Shown: one piece after another, positions 19,596-30,591 of the stretch
Numbering within the stretch: the first letter of the stretch is position 1
Layout: each line of letters opens with the position of its first letter
Origin: an uncultured bacterium
Lineage (GTDB): Bacteria > Oederibacteriota > JAAXVQ01 > JAUVAV01
Assembly: GCA_963710755.1 (NCBI GenBank)
Contig: CAVQBK010000003.1
Coordinates: 768,001 to 832,000, forward strand
Length of the DNA: 64,000 nucleotides
Direction of reading: 5' to 3'
Notes under the pieces: model-generated
Told to the model about the DNA's origin: nothing
Seen by the model: only the letters and a program-made list of their open reading frames with translations
Databases searched by the model: none
Program-made: the position numbers and the translations under genes

Positions 19596-20390
19596 TCATT
19601 TGCCTGACTTCAGGTAAGTCCGCCACTGCTGATTGATTTTCCGTAAATTCATTAATTTGTTAAACCACGAGCGCTGGCGCAGGGGTGCGCTGGACTGAAA
19701 AAATAACTGCAGGATATGCACCATGTTAAGGCCGGGCTGGAAAGTTCGCGCACAATGGGCGCAGTAGGTCACAAACGCCTTAGCCTGGTGGCGGAGACGT
19801 TTACTCTTGCTGGCCGGGGTTTTGGACAAACAGCAGGAAAGCGGGTGGCTGGTCCCAGCCGGAGTCACGGGCAAGTGCATTTTTTTCGCCAGACCATAAA
19901 AAGAAGAAGACAAGTCACGATGGGCACGGGCAGGACAAGGATGATGAACCAACAGCTCCTCCATTCCGGTGTCCAAGGGTCGGGTTGGTGACAATAGATC
20001 ATACAAGAAGGTTAATTTGGGCGGATGAGCCAGCTTTGCAAAGATGGCGGTAAAGCGCTTGTGACAGGTGCTACAGGGTGTAATGATTTCCTGGATATGG
20101 TTGCTTTCAATCATGGTTACCAGACGTGCTTCAACGGTGACCGCGGCCTGAGTGGCATGGGCATAAATTAGGGGCATACCGCAGCAGTCCTGCCACAGGC
20201 CGATGGCTTTGTCCTGACGATGCAGATGCGCCCAGGTTTGCAGGGTCAAAGCAGCATCCGCCTCTGCCAGGGAACAGCAGGGAAAAAACACCCGCGCATG
20301 CCCGCTGTAAGTGCGAAACCAGGGCGCATGGCGCAACCCGTACTCCATCCGGGCATATCTTTTTTTTATTCCTTTGATCAGTCTATTCAT
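19596..20390 (-). CDS. Cysteine-rich CCG-domain (Fe-S binding) protein
   Basis: FFPCCS, CCGMP, ITPCSTC, HHPCPAR, CC, YCAHC: two CCG-type repeats. Confidence 0.7.
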   Translation of the reverse strand: MNRLIKGIKKRYARMEYGLRHAPWFRTYSGHARVFFPCCSLAEADAALTLQTWAHLHRQDKAIGLWQDCCGMPLIYAHATQAAVTVEARLVTMIESNHIQEIITPCSTCHKRFTAIFAKLAHPPKLTFLYDLLSPTRPLDTGMEELLVHHPCPARAHRDLSSSFYGLAKKMHLPVTPAGTSHPLSCCLSKTPASKSKRLRHQAKAFVTYCAHCARTFQPGLNMVHILQLFFQSSAPLRQRSWFNKLMNLRKINQQWRTYLKSGK

Positions 20391-20856
20391 GATGATAAGG
20401 CTCGTTTTTCAAAATGGTCATGGCGCGATATAGTTGTTCGACCGCCACCAGGCGAATAAGATCATGGGCCAGAGTCATTTTGGAAAAGGAGAGGCGCTTG
20501 GGTACAGCAGCATAAACCTCAGAAGAAAAACCATAGGGTCCTCCTATGACCAAGGTCAGGGTGGACAAGCTGCTGTTCATGTGACTCTGCAGAAAATGAG
20601 CGAATTGGAGGGAGGTCATGGTGTCGCCCTTCTCATCGAGCAGGATAGCCTGCTGACCGGCGGGGAGATGCTTCAATAGCAGTTGACCTTCCACCTGTTT
20701 GCGCTGGGGAATGGGCAGGGAGCCCGCCTTTTTAGGATCAGGCAGAAATGTGGTTTCAAAGGGAAGATAATGATTTAATCGTTTTTGATAATAAACAATA
20801 CCTTTTTCAATATAAGGCGCCGCAGTGAGACCCAATCCCAATAAGCGAATTTTCAT
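20383..20856 (-). CDS. rlmH: 23S rRNA (pseudouridine1915-N3)-methyltransferase
   Basis: LDEKG...S..FA, IGGPYG, EQLYRAMTILKNEPYHHE. Confidence 0.95.
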   Translation of the reverse strand: MKIRLLGLGLTAAPYIEKGIVYYQKRLNHYLPFETTFLPDPKKAGSLPIPQRKQVEGQLLLKHLPAGQQAILLDEKGDTMTSLQFAHFLQSHMNSSLSTLTLVIGGPYGFSSEVYAAVPKRLSFSKMTLAHDLIRLVAVEQLYRAMTILKNEPYHHE

Positions 20857-21092
20857 GGTTGTCCTAACCTCAAGTTTTTCTTCCCATTCTCTCCATCTTG
20901 CGGTCATCACTTCTTTTAAATCTTTTTTCTCCGGCCAATGGGAAGAACGGAAAGAAAATCAAAACCTTAACCTTGTCTGATTAGGCGGCATTGTAGCACA
21001 GTAGCGGCGGGAAGGGAAACTTCCGAAAAACTAACTTGTTCAGTCCCGGATTTTGGTGTACAAAAGAGCTACTTTAACCAAGGAGGTTAATC

Positions 21093-21668
21093 ATGGGTAA
21101 GATCAAAGGAACGGCAACAGAAAAAAATTTATTAAAAGCCTTTGCCGGGGAATCACAAGCCCGTAACCGCTATACCTATTTCGCCAGTGTGGCCAAAAAA
21201 GAAGGTTACGTGCAAATCGCCGATATTTTCGAGGAAACCGCCAATCAGGAAAAAGAACATGCCAAACGATTTTTTAGTTTTCTCGAGGGTGGTATGACCG
21301 AAATTACGGCCATGTATCCGGCTGGGATCACCGGCACTACCGCGGAAAATCTCAAAGCTGCGGCTGGCGGAGAACACGAAGAATGGACCGATCTTTATCC
21401 TGGCTTTGCCCAAGTGGCCCGGGAAGAGGGTTTTGAAGCGGTGGCCAAACTTTTTGAGTTTGTGTGTGTGGCGGAGAAGCAGCATGAAAAACGCTATCTC
21501 GGTCTTTTGAAAAATCTCGAGAATAGCACGGTCTTTAAAAAGGATAAGTCCGTGGTCTGGCGCTGCCGCAATTGCGGCTATTTACATGAAGGTGATACTG
21601 CGCCTGGTGCCTGTCCGGCCTGCGCCCATCCCCAGGCCTATTTTGAATTGTTGGCGGAAAACTGGTAA
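21093..21668 (+). CDS. rbr: Rubrerythrin
   Basis: AFAGESQARNRY, EKEHAK, WRCRNCG...CPACAHP. Confidence 0.95.
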   Translation: MGKIKGTATEKNLLKAFAGESQARNRYTYFASVAKKEGYVQIADIFEETANQEKEHAKRFFSFLEGGMTEITAMYPAGITGTTAENLKAAAGGEHEEWTDLYPGFAQVAREEGFEAVAKLFEFVCVAEKQHEKRYLGLLKNLENSTVFKKDKSVVWRCRNCGYLHEGDTAPGACPACAHPQAYFELLAENW

Positions 21669-21693
21669 TTATCAGTGCCCTCCCCATGTCCGT

Positions 21694-21740
21694 TTGGTCA
21701 CGAGTAATCCAGCCCCCAGGCCGAGATTACTCGTGACCAA
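21694..21740. repeat. Perfect 16-bp inverted repeat after rubrerythrin
   Basis: TTGGTCACGAGTAATC-N15-GATTACTCGTGACCAA with no U tract. Confidence 0.8.
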
Positions 21741-21969
21741 CTGAACCTGCCCATGCTTTTGCCCTGGCGCGCTTCCTCAAATTTTATCGAATTGAATTGA
21801 TATTTTCATTCAGTTGTGTAGAATAAGAGGTCCCCACCAAGTTGTTCAATAAAATTGTGGCGACAGTCAAGAACATCCGATTCAAGGTCCAACAACTACA
21901 TAAGCACCCCAATGTGTATTGATGCCGGAAAATTTTATGGCGATTTTATTTTCCTGGAGGAGGAAATTT

Positions 21970-23634
21970 ATGGCCCAACAGACGAAATATATTTTTGTGA
22001 CCGGGGGGGTGGTGTCATCGCTGGGCAAAGGCCTGGCAGCGGCCTCTTTAGGCGCTTTGCTTGAAGCCCGCGGCCTGACGATCACCATGGCCAAATTCGA
22101 TCCTTACATTAATATCGACCCGGGCACCATGAGTCCTTATCAACACGGCGAAGTCTACGTGACGGAAGATGGTGCGGAGACGGATCTGGATTTGGGCCAT
22201 TACGAACGGTTTACCCATTCGGTGATTACTAAATACAGCAATGTCACCACCGGCAAAATATATAATGCTGTTATCAAAAAAGAGCGGCGCGGGGAATACC
22301 TGGGCAAAACCGTGCAGGTCGTACCGCACATCACCAATGAAATCAAAGAACGGGTCAGAAAAGTGGTGGCTCAGCGCAAGGTGGATGTGGCCATTATTGA
22401 AATTGGAGGCACCATCGGCGATATCGAGAGCCTGCCGTTTCTGGAAGCCATCCGTCAATTCCGGTTGGAAGAAGGCCGGACTAATGTGATTAACATTCAT
22501 TTGACCCTGGTGCCTTATATTCACGCAGCCGGTGAGCTTAAGACCAAGCCCACCCAACATTCAGTCTCCCAGATGCTCTCTATCGGCATCCAGCCGGATA
22601 TTATTTTGTGCCGGACCGAACATGCCCTGAGCGCAGAGCTGAAAAATAAAATATCCCTCTTTTGCAATGTCAATGTGGAGGCCGTGGTCCAAGCTATTGA
22701 TGTTAAAACCATTTACGAAGTACCGCTTATGTTTGAGCGGGAAAAGTTCGATGAGATCGTGTTAAAGAAGCTGGCTTTGAAAATCAAACCGGTACGGCTG
22801 GAGCGCTGGAAAAAAATCGTGACCTTGGCCAAAAAACCGCCCAAGCGCGCCAAGATTGCAGTGGTGGGTAAATACATGGAAGTTCAGGATGCCTATAAGA
22901 GCATCAAGGAAGCCTTGCTGCATGGGGGGTTGGCCAACCGTTCAGCTGTGGACATTGCCTGGATCGATGCCGATCTATTGGTTAAAAACAACAAAGAGGC
23001 TTGGGCCAACCTGAGACAATGCCATGGTATTCTGGTGCCGGGCGGTTTCGGCAGCCGCGGCATTGAGGGCAAAATTCATGCGGTTAAATTTGCCCGGGAG
23101 CAAAAAATCCCCTTTTTCGGTATTTGCCTGGGTATGCATTGCGCGGTGATTGAATTTGCCCGCCATGTGGCTGGTTTGGCCCAGGCCCATACCACTGAGA
23201 TTGAACCCAAGACGCCTCATCCGGTGATTGCTCTCCTGGCGGAACAGCAGGGTGTCAGGGAACTGGGCGGCACCATGCGCCTGGGCGCCTATCCATGCCG
23301 TCTCAAACCCCATACCCTGGCCGCCAAGGCCTACGGGGAAAAAGTGATTTTTGAACGTCACCGTCACCGCTATGAATTTAACAATTACTATAAGGAAATG
23401 CTGGAAGCGCAAGGGCTGATCATTTCCGGGACATCGCCCGATGAACAGTTGGTGGAAATGATAGAGATCAAGGATCATCCCTGGTTTGTGGCAGGACAAT
23501 TCCATCCTGAATTTAAATCCAGGCCCACCGAAGCCCATCCGCTTTTCAATCATTTTGTCAAGGCGACTTTGGCCCATCAGGAACCAACCACCCCAAAAAA
23601 TAAAAAAACCAGGAAACAACATGCAGGCCATTAG
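21970..23634 (+). CDS. pyrG: CTP synthase
   Basis: [34 protein letters not shown]. Confidence 0.98.
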   Translation: MAQQTKYIFVTGGVVSSLGKGLAAASLGALLEARGLTITMAKFDPYINIDPGTMSPYQHGEVYVTEDGAETDLDLGHYERFTHSVITKYSNVTTGKIYNAVIKKERRGEYLGKTVQVVPHITNEIKERVRKVVAQRKVDVAIIEIGGTIGDIESLPFLEAIRQFRLEEGRTNVINIHLTLVPYIHAAGELKTKPTQHSVSQMLSIGIQPDIILCRTEHALSAELKNKISLFCNVNVEAVVQAIDVKTIYEVPLMFEREKFDEIVLKKLALKIKPVRLERWKKIVTLAKKPPKRAKIAVVGKYMEVQDAYKSIKEALLHGGLANRSAVDIAWIDADLLVKNNKEAWANLRQCHGILVPGGFGSRGIEGKIHAVKFAREQKIPFFGICLGMHCAVIEFARHVAGLAQAHTTEIEPKTPHPVIALLAEQQGVRELGGTMRLGAYPCRLKPHTLAAKAYGEKVIFERHRHRYEFNNYYKEMLEAQGLIISGTSPDEQLVEMIEIKDHPWFVAGQFHPEFKSRPTEAHPLFNHFVKATLAHQEPTTPKNKKTRKQHAGH

Positions 23635-24439
23635 TCTCGGCGGCCATCCCTTTGGGGACACTGACTTTTTATTGGTGGCCGGCCCTTGTGTGCTGGAGAG
23701 CAAAGCCCTGGCTTTTCAGATTGCCGAATCTTTGCTGGAGATGGTAGCCAATAAACCGGTAACCTTGGTATTTAAGGCGTCCTATGATAAAGCCAACCGG
23801 TCTTCCGGGGAGTCTTTCCGCGGGCCTGGTCTGGAGGATGGCTTGGCCATTCTCCAGGAACTGAAAGAAAAATTGGGCCTGCTGGTGCTTTCCGATGTTC
23901 ACGAAGCCCGGGAAATACCCCTGGCCAGCACGGTTTTGGATGTTATCCAAATTCCGGCGTTTTTATGCCGCCAGACCAGTCTGCTTACGGCAGCCGCCCA
24001 AACTCAAAAAGCGGTGAACATTAAGAAAGGCCAGTTTTTAGCGCCTTGGGATATGGAGCAGGTGCTGGCTAAAGTCCGTGGCATCAATCCCAATATTCTT
24101 GTGACCGAGCGGGGCACATCATTTGGTTACAATAATTTAGTGGTGGATATGCGCAGTCTGGCTATTATGGGTCAGTGGCAGGTGCCGGTTTTGTTTGATG
24201 CCACCCATAGTGTGCAGTTGCCGGGCGGGGGCAGGCAATCCGGCGGCAACCGCGAATTCATACCAGTGCTGGCCCGAGCTGCCGTGGCGGCAGGGATCAA
24301 TGGTCTGTTTTTGGAGACCCATCCTAATCCTGAACATGCCCTGTCCGATTCAGCCAGTATGCTGCCCTTAGACGACCTGCCCAAACTTTTACAGGATGTG
24401 CTAAGCCTGCACGACCTGAGAAAGGCCATGGCCGGATGA
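23621..24439 (+). CDS. kdsA: KDO8P synthase
   Basis: [35 protein letters not shown]. Confidence 0.96.
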   Translation: MQAISLGGHPFGDTDFLLVAGPCVLESKALAFQIAESLLEMVANKPVTLVFKASYDKANRSSGESFRGPGLEDGLAILQELKEKLGLLVLSDVHEAREIPLASTVLDVIQIPAFLCRQTSLLTAAAQTQKAVNIKKGQFLAPWDMEQVLAKVRGINPNILVTERGTSFGYNNLVVDMRSLAIMGQWQVPVLFDATHSVQLPGGGRQSGGNREFIPVLARAAVAAGINGLFLETHPNPEHALSDSASMLPLDDLPKLLQDVLSLHDLRKAMAG

Positions 24440-24837
24440 AGGAAGCCAGCTTATATTGTGATGGCGGTGCCCGGGGCAATCCCGGTCCTGCGGCCGCAGG
24501 CGCCGTGCTCCAACATGAGGGCAAGTTGTTGGACGAACAAGGCCGGTTTTTGGGCCGGGCCACCAATAATGTGGCTGAATACCAAGGGGTGCTGCTGGGC
24601 CTGCAGATGGCCAAGGCCCATGGTATTGAAACCCTGCATATTCGGTTGGACTCCGAGCTGATCGTTAAACAGCTGCTGGGCCTGTATAAAGTAAAACATC
24701 CAGTGCTAAAACCTCTATGGGAAAGTGTAAAGGTCAGTCTGACTCATTTTAAAGCCTGGGATATTGCCCATGTGCCCCGGGCTCAGAACAAGGAAGCGGA
24801 CCGTATGGTCAATCAAGTGCTCGATCAAGAAAGCTGA
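24436..24837 (+). CDS. Ribonuclease HI family protein
   Basis: CDGGARGNPG, TNNVAEY, DSELIVKQ, HVPR..NKEAD. Confidence 0.9.
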   Translation: MKEASLYCDGGARGNPGPAAAGAVLQHEGKLLDEQGRFLGRATNNVAEYQGVLLGLQMAKAHGIETLHIRLDSELIVKQLLGLYKVKHPVLKPLWESVKVSLTHFKAWDIAHVPRAQNKEADRMVNQVLDQES

Positions 24838-25232
24838 GCATGCCCTAGTTCGTTCTTGCTACGGATTGCTGTGGTAACATCCTTTGGGCGAACAGCGGTT
24901 AGCAGAGCAAACTGCTTCAAAGAAACAAACCGCTCGCCGATGCGGTTTGTTTCAATGCCGCCCAAAGAATGGTGCAATACGTTGGTGGTCTTTTAACCAA
25001 ATAGCCTTTTCGAATAGAAGCTAATCAACTTCTGTTGCGGTTCTGTAAGGTGCAAGCGTGCCTGGTGCTTACAGACCTTTTTTGCAATGCAGCATCACCA
25101 CCATGAAGGTCTTTCAATAATGGACCGCTTTTGGCCACAAGAACTAAGGGCCAGACCCTATTAAGGATAGTAGGTCTATGCTATGATGAAACGGCCAATA
25201 ATGATTTAGACCGAAAGAAAAGGAGAGCAGGT

Positions 25233-25625
25233 ATGGAGAGCGGGTCTTTATCAGTTGAAAAAAGAAAACACCCCAGAATTAGGGTGACCCTGCCAGTAGA
25301 GTTCAAAGTGATCAACGAGAGCGATGAAGCCTATCTGACCTTGGATAAAGAACGGCAACAGCTGGCGGGAGATTCGAAAAACATCTCTTCCGAAGGCTTG
25401 TTCTTGGTGTCAGAGAGGTATTTGGAAAAAGGTGATATTTTAAAGATCGAGATGACCTTGCCTGACGAGGACAAACGGGTAAGTGCTTTTGCTGAAATTG
25501 TGTGGGTTTCTGATCATGGATTAGTGGAAGGCCAGCACGGCGCAGGCCTGTTTTTTATGGCACTCCGTGATGAAGATGCCGATCGCATAGGTCGGCTGGT
25601 AGCCAACATGCTTAAAACCATCTGA
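25233..25625 (+). CDS. Single-domain PilZ protein
   Basis: RKHPR (RxxxR) and NISSEG (D/NxSxxG); RBS AGGAG. Confidence 0.88.
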   Translation: MESGSLSVEKRKHPRIRVTLPVEFKVINESDEAYLTLDKERQQLAGDSKNISSEGLFLVSERYLEKGDILKIEMTLPDEDKRVSAFAEIVWVSDHGLVEGQHGAGLFFMALRDEDADRIGRLVANMLKTI

Positions 25626-25695
25626 GCCTGCCCATGATCTGTCGATAGCATTATTTGATCCGGCAAGGTGGAAGCCACAAGTGAGGAGGACCGTT

Positions 25696-26532
25696 ATGTG
25701 GAATGCTTTAAAAACGTTTATGTTATTGACCGCCATGACCATGCTGCTCATGCTTATAGGCGCTCGTCTGGGTGGTAATCAGGGGATGATCCTGGCCTTT
25801 GGGCTGGCCGTACTGCTTAATTTTTCAAGCTACTGGTTTTCCGACAAAATTGTGCTGGCCATGTATAAAGCCCGCGATCCTCAGCCACGGGAACAGGCCG
25901 TGGTGGACCTGGTGGAAGAACTGGCTCAGCGGGCTGACCTACCCGTGCCCAAGGTGAAAGTCATCGACACCACCATGTGCAATGCCTTTGCCACCGGCCG
26001 CAATCCCCAACATGCGGTGGTGGCGGTCACCACCGGGATTTTGGGCATCTTAAACCGGGAAGAACTGGCGGCCGTATTGGCCCACGAACTTTCCCATGTA
26101 CGTCATCGCGATATTCTTATTGGAGCTGTGGCCGCTACCATGGCCGGTGCCATTGCCATGCTGGGACGGCTGGCCTTCTTTTTCGGCGGCGGCCGTGACC
26201 GGGATAATATCCTGGTGTCGCTGGTGATGATGATTCTGGCGCCGATTGCGGCTTTGCTGATTCAGATGGCTATTTCCCGTTCTCGTGAATTTGAGGCGGA
26301 CCGGGGGTCGGCCCGTTTAACCAAGGATCCGGAAGCCCTGGTGCGGGCTCTGGAAAAATTACACCAACAAGCCAGCCGCCATCCGGTGCTGGCCACTGGC
26401 CAGCAGAGTGCAACAGCGCATTTGTTTATTGTTAATCCTTTTAAAGCCGGGTGGTTGACCTCGTTGTTTTCCACCCATCCCTCGCTGGAACAGCGCGTCG
26501 CCAATTTACGTGACATGGCCAGACAAGTATAA
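25696..26532 (+). CDS. htpX: Zinc metalloprotease HtpX
   Basis: NAFATGR, AHELSHV, SRSREF.AD, FSTHP. Confidence 0.95.
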   Translation: MWNALKTFMLLTAMTMLLMLIGARLGGNQGMILAFGLAVLLNFSSYWFSDKIVLAMYKARDPQPREQAVVDLVEELAQRADLPVPKVKVIDTTMCNAFATGRNPQHAVVAVTTGILGILNREELAAVLAHELSHVRHRDILIGAVAATMAGAIAMLGRLAFFFGGGRDRDNILVSLVMMILAPIAALLIQMAISRSREFEADRGSARLTKDPEALVRALEKLHQQASRHPVLATGQQSATAHLFIVNPFKAGWLTSLFSTHPSLEQRVANLRDMARQV

Positions 26533-26700
26533 GTCCTGCCTTTGCAGCAGCCCTGTTGGGCGATAATTTTTCTTGATCAGGATTACACAGGCCCTGTAGG
26601 TAGGACGCCTGCTCATCCGCGATTTCTTTAAGGGCCAGTAGTATTGAAAAAGCGGACGCGTCTCTTAACCACCAGGAGGTGTCTGCTGGGAGCATTCATC

Positions 26701-28026
26701 ATGAACAGCAAACGCAGCGCCCGCTATTGGGCTTGGACCATTATTAATCAAACCGAGCAGCAGGGGGGGTGGGCCGATACCTTGTTGGATCAGTTGCAGC
26801 AGCAACAGCCGCTTTCCGCTCAAGACCAGGCGCTTTGCCGCACCCTGGTGTTGGGGGTGATTAAGCATCGAACCTCCCTGGATTACCAGTTGGCTCCGCT
26901 TTGGAAAAAAGAACCCAAACCGAAATTAAAAAATCTCCTGCGTTTGGCTATTTATCAGCAGCTTTATCTGCAACGTATTCCTGTTCACGCCTGGATGAAT
27001 GAAGCCGTAGAGTTGGCCAAAACGCATTTTTCCCAGGCCATGGCCGGCTTTGTTAATGCTGTATTGAGACAATGGCTGCGACAGGGCAGCAGACCTCTTC
27101 CCGATAAAACGACTGATTTATTGGGCTATTTAACGGCAGCCCATGCTTTTCCAGTCTGGCTTGCGGCTCAATGGCTGGAGCAATTGGGCCCGGAACAAGC
27201 GGAAACGATGATGGCCGCGGCCAATGAGGTGCCACCGTTGGTGCTGCGCGTTAACACCCTGAAGCAATCCACCGCAGCTTTGGCTCAGGCCTTGGAGACT
27301 GAGGGCATTGAGACGACGCCTGGTCCTGTGCCGGACAGCCTGGTGGCAGCCAGGACCGACAGACCAGTTCAAACCTGGCCTGGATTTAAGCAGGGCTGGT
27401 TTTATCTTCAAGACGGCGGGTCCCAATTAATCGGGCGGCTGGCCAATCCTCAACCTCAGGAAACCTGGCTCGATCTCTGCGCTGCTCCTGGTGGCAAGAC
27501 GACGCACTTGGCGCAGCTTATGGACGATCAAGGCCAGGTTAAGGCCTATGATGTCACCCCTGCCAAGCGGGCCCTGTTGATGGACAATGTGCGGCGTTTG
27601 GGATTAACCGGGGTTGATGTTTTAGCCACCAAGCCGGACGCGCTCCTGGCTGACGGCGTGCTGGTGGATGCGCCGTGTTCAGGGTTGGGCACACTCAGGA
27701 GGCACCCGGAGACCAAATGGCGGATTGCCCCGGAAGACATCGTCCGCCTGGGGAAGATTCAAGCCGGCCTATTGGATGAAGCCAGTACGTTTGTCAAACC
27801 GGGCGGGAAGTTGATTTATTCCACCTGCACCACCACTAGGGAAGAGAACGAAGACCAGGTTGATGGCTTTCAACATCGGCATTCGGACTTTCAGCTGTTG
27901 ACCTTTTCTGATCAACCTGATCCGGTTCTGCAGCCTTATTGGGACCATGCGGGCTATTTTAAAACCTATCCTGGTGCGTTCGTCATGGACAGCATGTTTG
28001 CAGTTAAATGGCAACGGAAAAAATAA
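26701..28026 (+). CDS. rsmB: 16S rRNA (cytosine967-C5)-methyltransferase
   Basis: NusB-like N-terminus, DLCAAPGGKT, DAPCSGLG, YSTCT. Confidence 0.92.
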   Translation: MNSKRSARYWAWTIINQTEQQGGWADTLLDQLQQQQPLSAQDQALCRTLVLGVIKHRTSLDYQLAPLWKKEPKPKLKNLLRLAIYQQLYLQRIPVHAWMNEAVELAKTHFSQAMAGFVNAVLRQWLRQGSRPLPDKTTDLLGYLTAAHAFPVWLAAQWLEQLGPEQAETMMAAANEVPPLVLRVNTLKQSTAALAQALETEGIETTPGPVPDSLVAARTDRPVQTWPGFKQGWFYLQDGGSQLIGRLANPQPQETWLDLCAAPGGKTTHLAQLMDDQGQVKAYDVTPAKRALLMDNVRRLGLTGVDVLATKPDALLADGVLVDAPCSGLGTLRRHPETKWRIAPEDIVRLGKIQAGLLDEASTFVKPGGKLIYSTCTTTREENEDQVDGFQHRHSDFQLLTFSDQPDPVLQPYWDHAGYFKTYPGAFVMDSMFAVKWQRKK

Positions 28027-28089
28027 TTTGGTATTAAAAACCAGAGCCGGACGATATAATAAAAATCATCCTTTTAGAGAGGATTAGTT

Positions 28090-28695
28090 ATGAGTTCAGA
28101 CCGTATGGACCATTTAAAAGAAGCTACCCTCTCAGGGCAGCAGGGCTGGGACCATCATGGGGAGCTGAAACTGAAAGAGAGCGTGATCCAGCGTCAGAAC
28201 CAGGTTGTCCAGGCTATGAAGACCAAGAGCCATCAGGCAGGCAAGGAGCTGGCGGGGATTTTAAGCGACATGGTGGAAATTGCCGATATCATCCTGAAAA
28301 ATACCTGCGGTATTGGCAGCGCTTTTAAGCTGGCGGAATGTGACCTGACGCTAATGACTGTTGAAAATATCGAACGGTTCATTTCTTTAGTGCTCATCCA
28401 GCTGGCTTACCAATACGGACAACTTATCCCCCAGGAAAAAGGCCAGATGACAGCGGCCATACAACAACTCTTGGATCAGGACGAGTTGCTCCAGACCTGG
28501 ACCGACCAACTGGCCCAGTGTCAAGATCATGAAGACGGCCAGTTTTCTCCGGTGCGCGCTGGGCGACTGTTGTGGGAAACTGCAGGTGGATTGTTTGCGG
28601 TCAAGGACTGGCAAACCAACACCACGGCCCGCATTTATTATCAAACCGCGCCCAGCCAGGATTTAATTTACAGCATTGAATCCCTAAAAAAATGA
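28090..28695 (+). CDS. Hypothetical protein
   Basis: 201-aa ORF with RBS GAGG filling the rsmB-mnmG gap; no recognised motif. Confidence 0.6.
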   Translation: MSSDRMDHLKEATLSGQQGWDHHGELKLKESVIQRQNQVVQAMKTKSHQAGKELAGILSDMVEIADIILKNTCGIGSAFKLAECDLTLMTVENIERFISLVLIQLAYQYGQLIPQEKGQMTAAIQQLLDQDELLQTWTDQLAQCQDHEDGQFSPVRAGRLLWETAGGLFAVKDWQTNTTARIYYQTAPSQDLIYSIESLKK

Positions 28696-28716
28696 AAGGT
28701 TGTGGAATCGTTTTTC

Positions 28717-30588
28717 ATGAAGTCCTCTTCCCAATCATGGTCCGCCGAAGTGGTGGTGGTGGGGGCAGGCCACGCCGGCCTGGAAGCCGCAGCAGCTGCC
28801 GCCACCATGGGCTGTGCCACCCTTTTAATCACCCAGTCAATTGATCATATCGGGGTCCTGAGCTGCAACCCTGCCATAGGCGGAGTCGGCAAGGGCCAGC
28901 TGGTAAAGGAAGTTGATGCTCTGGGCGGGGTCATGGGCTTGCTCGCGGACAAGGCCTGTATTCATTATCGTCAGCTCAACCAATCGCGGGGCGCGGCCGT
29001 ACGTTCCACGCGCATGCAAGTGGATATGCAGGTCTATCAGCAGGAAGCGCAGGCCTATTTAAAAGCGCTGCCCAATTTGACCATTATGGAAGATGAGATT
29101 AAGGACTTGATCCTGGAAGGACAGCAGGTCAGAGCTGTGGTGACCACCAATCACGGGCCGGTTAATGCCAAAACCGCCGTGCTGACTGTGGGCACGTTTT
29201 TCCATGGTCTAATCCATATTGGCCGCACCAAAATCCGGGGTGGCAGGCTGGGAGATGGTCCCTCGGATCAGCTGCCCGAACGCTTGCAGGCCTTGGGCCT
29301 GACCTTTGGGCGCTTTAAAACCGGCACCACCCCCAGGCTCAAGGGCAGCAGCATTGACTTTTCCCGATTAACCGAGCAGCCGGGAGATGAAGGGTATATC
29401 CCTTTTTCCACCCGTTCCCCCCGCCAGCCACAATTGTCCCAGGTGAGCTGCCATATCGGCCATACCAATCCCAGGACCCATCACCTCATCCGCGAACACC
29501 TGACTCAGTCCGCGCTCTACGGCGGTGACATAACCGGCACGGGTGTGCGCTATTGTCCTTCTGTGGAAGACAAGATTGTCAAATTTCCCGAGCGTGACAG
29601 TCATCATGTGTTTGTGGAACCGGAAGGCCTGAATACTGACCGCTTTTATCCCAATGGTCTGTCCAACAGTCTGCCGGAAGCTATTCAATTGGACGTGGTT
29701 CATTCCGTGGCCGGCCTGGAAAAGGCGGAAATTGTGCAACCCGGTTATGGTATTGAACATGACTTTCTTCTACCGACACAATTAAAACGCACTTTGGAAT
29801 GTAAACGCTTTGACGGCCTGTTTTTTGCCGGCCAAATTAACGGGACCACGGGCTATGAAGAAGCCGCTGCCCAAGGATTGCTGGCTGGTATCAATGCGGC
29901 CTTGCAAGTGAAAGCACGTCCTCCCTTTGTGTTGAACCGCAGCCAGGCCTACCTGGGGGTGCTGATTGACGACCTGGTCACAAAGGGCACCAATGAACCA
30001 TACCGCATGTTTACATCCCGGGTGGAGTACCGTTTGGTGATCCGTGAAGACAATGCCGATGAACGACTCACAGCCTGGGGGCATCAATTGGGCCTGGTCA
30101 GCGACGAGGGTTACAGCCAATTTCAAACCAAGATGGCTGCTATTGCTGCGGAACGGAAACGTCTAGAACACAGTAAAGTAACTGATCATCCCCATCTGGA
30201 AGATCTCCTGGGGGATAGGGGTGGGCCGGCCGGCAAAAGCTATTCCTTGCTGACCTTGTTAAAACGATCGGAAATCCATTATGAACACCTGGCCCGCCTG
30301 GATGAAGCCTCGGCTCTGATCCCGGAAGACCTTAAACAGGCTGTGGAGGTCCGGGTAAAGTATGAAGGTTATATCAAGCGCCAACAGGAAGAAATCGAGA
30401 AAGCGCTTCATCTGGACCACTATAAAATCCCCAAAGACTTTCGCTATCAGGGCCTGCCGGGCTTATCTTTGGAAGTGGTGGAGAAATTAAGCGTCCATCA
30501 GCCGGAGACCCTGGGCCAGGCATCGCGCATTTCGGGCATTACGCCGGCTGCCATCTCCTTGATCCTGCTCCACCTCAGGAAGAAATAA
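28717..30588 (+). CDS. mnmG: tRNA uridine-5-carboxymethylaminomethyl synthesis enzyme
   Basis: VGAGHAGLEAA, SCNPAIGG, RYCPSVEDK, AGQINGTTGYEEAAAQG. Confidence 0.97.
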   Translation: MKSSSQSWSAEVVVVGAGHAGLEAAAAAATMGCATLLITQSIDHIGVLSCNPAIGGVGKGQLVKEVDALGGVMGLLADKACIHYRQLNQSRGAAVRSTRMQVDMQVYQQEAQAYLKALPNLTIMEDEIKDLILEGQQVRAVVTTNHGPVNAKTAVLTVGTFFHGLIHIGRTKIRGGRLGDGPSDQLPERLQALGLTFGRFKTGTTPRLKGSSIDFSRLTEQPGDEGYIPFSTRSPRQPQLSQVSCHIGHTNPRTHHLIREHLTQSALYGGDITGTGVRYCPSVEDKIVKFPERDSHHVFVEPEGLNTDRFYPNGLSNSLPEAIQLDVVHSVAGLEKAEIVQPGYGIEHDFLLPTQLKRTLECKRFDGLFFAGQINGTTGYEEAAAQGLLAGINAALQVKARPPFVLNRSQAYLGVLIDDLVTKGTNEPYRMFTSRVEYRLVIREDNADERLTAWGHQLGLVSDEGYSQFQTKMAAIAAERKRLEHSKVTDHPHLEDLLGDRGGPAGKSYSLLTLLKRSEIHYEHLARLDEASALIPEDLKQAVEVRVKYEGYIKRQQEEIEKALHLDHYKIPKDFRYQGLPGLSLEVVEKLSVHQPETLGQASRISGITPAAISLILLHLRKK

Positions 30589-30591
30589 CTC

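Noticed and set aside
24895-24960. c-di-GMP-I riboswitch before the PilZ gene
   Set aside because: Only GCAAAC matches; the GAAA tetraloop and GACGCAAA elements are absent
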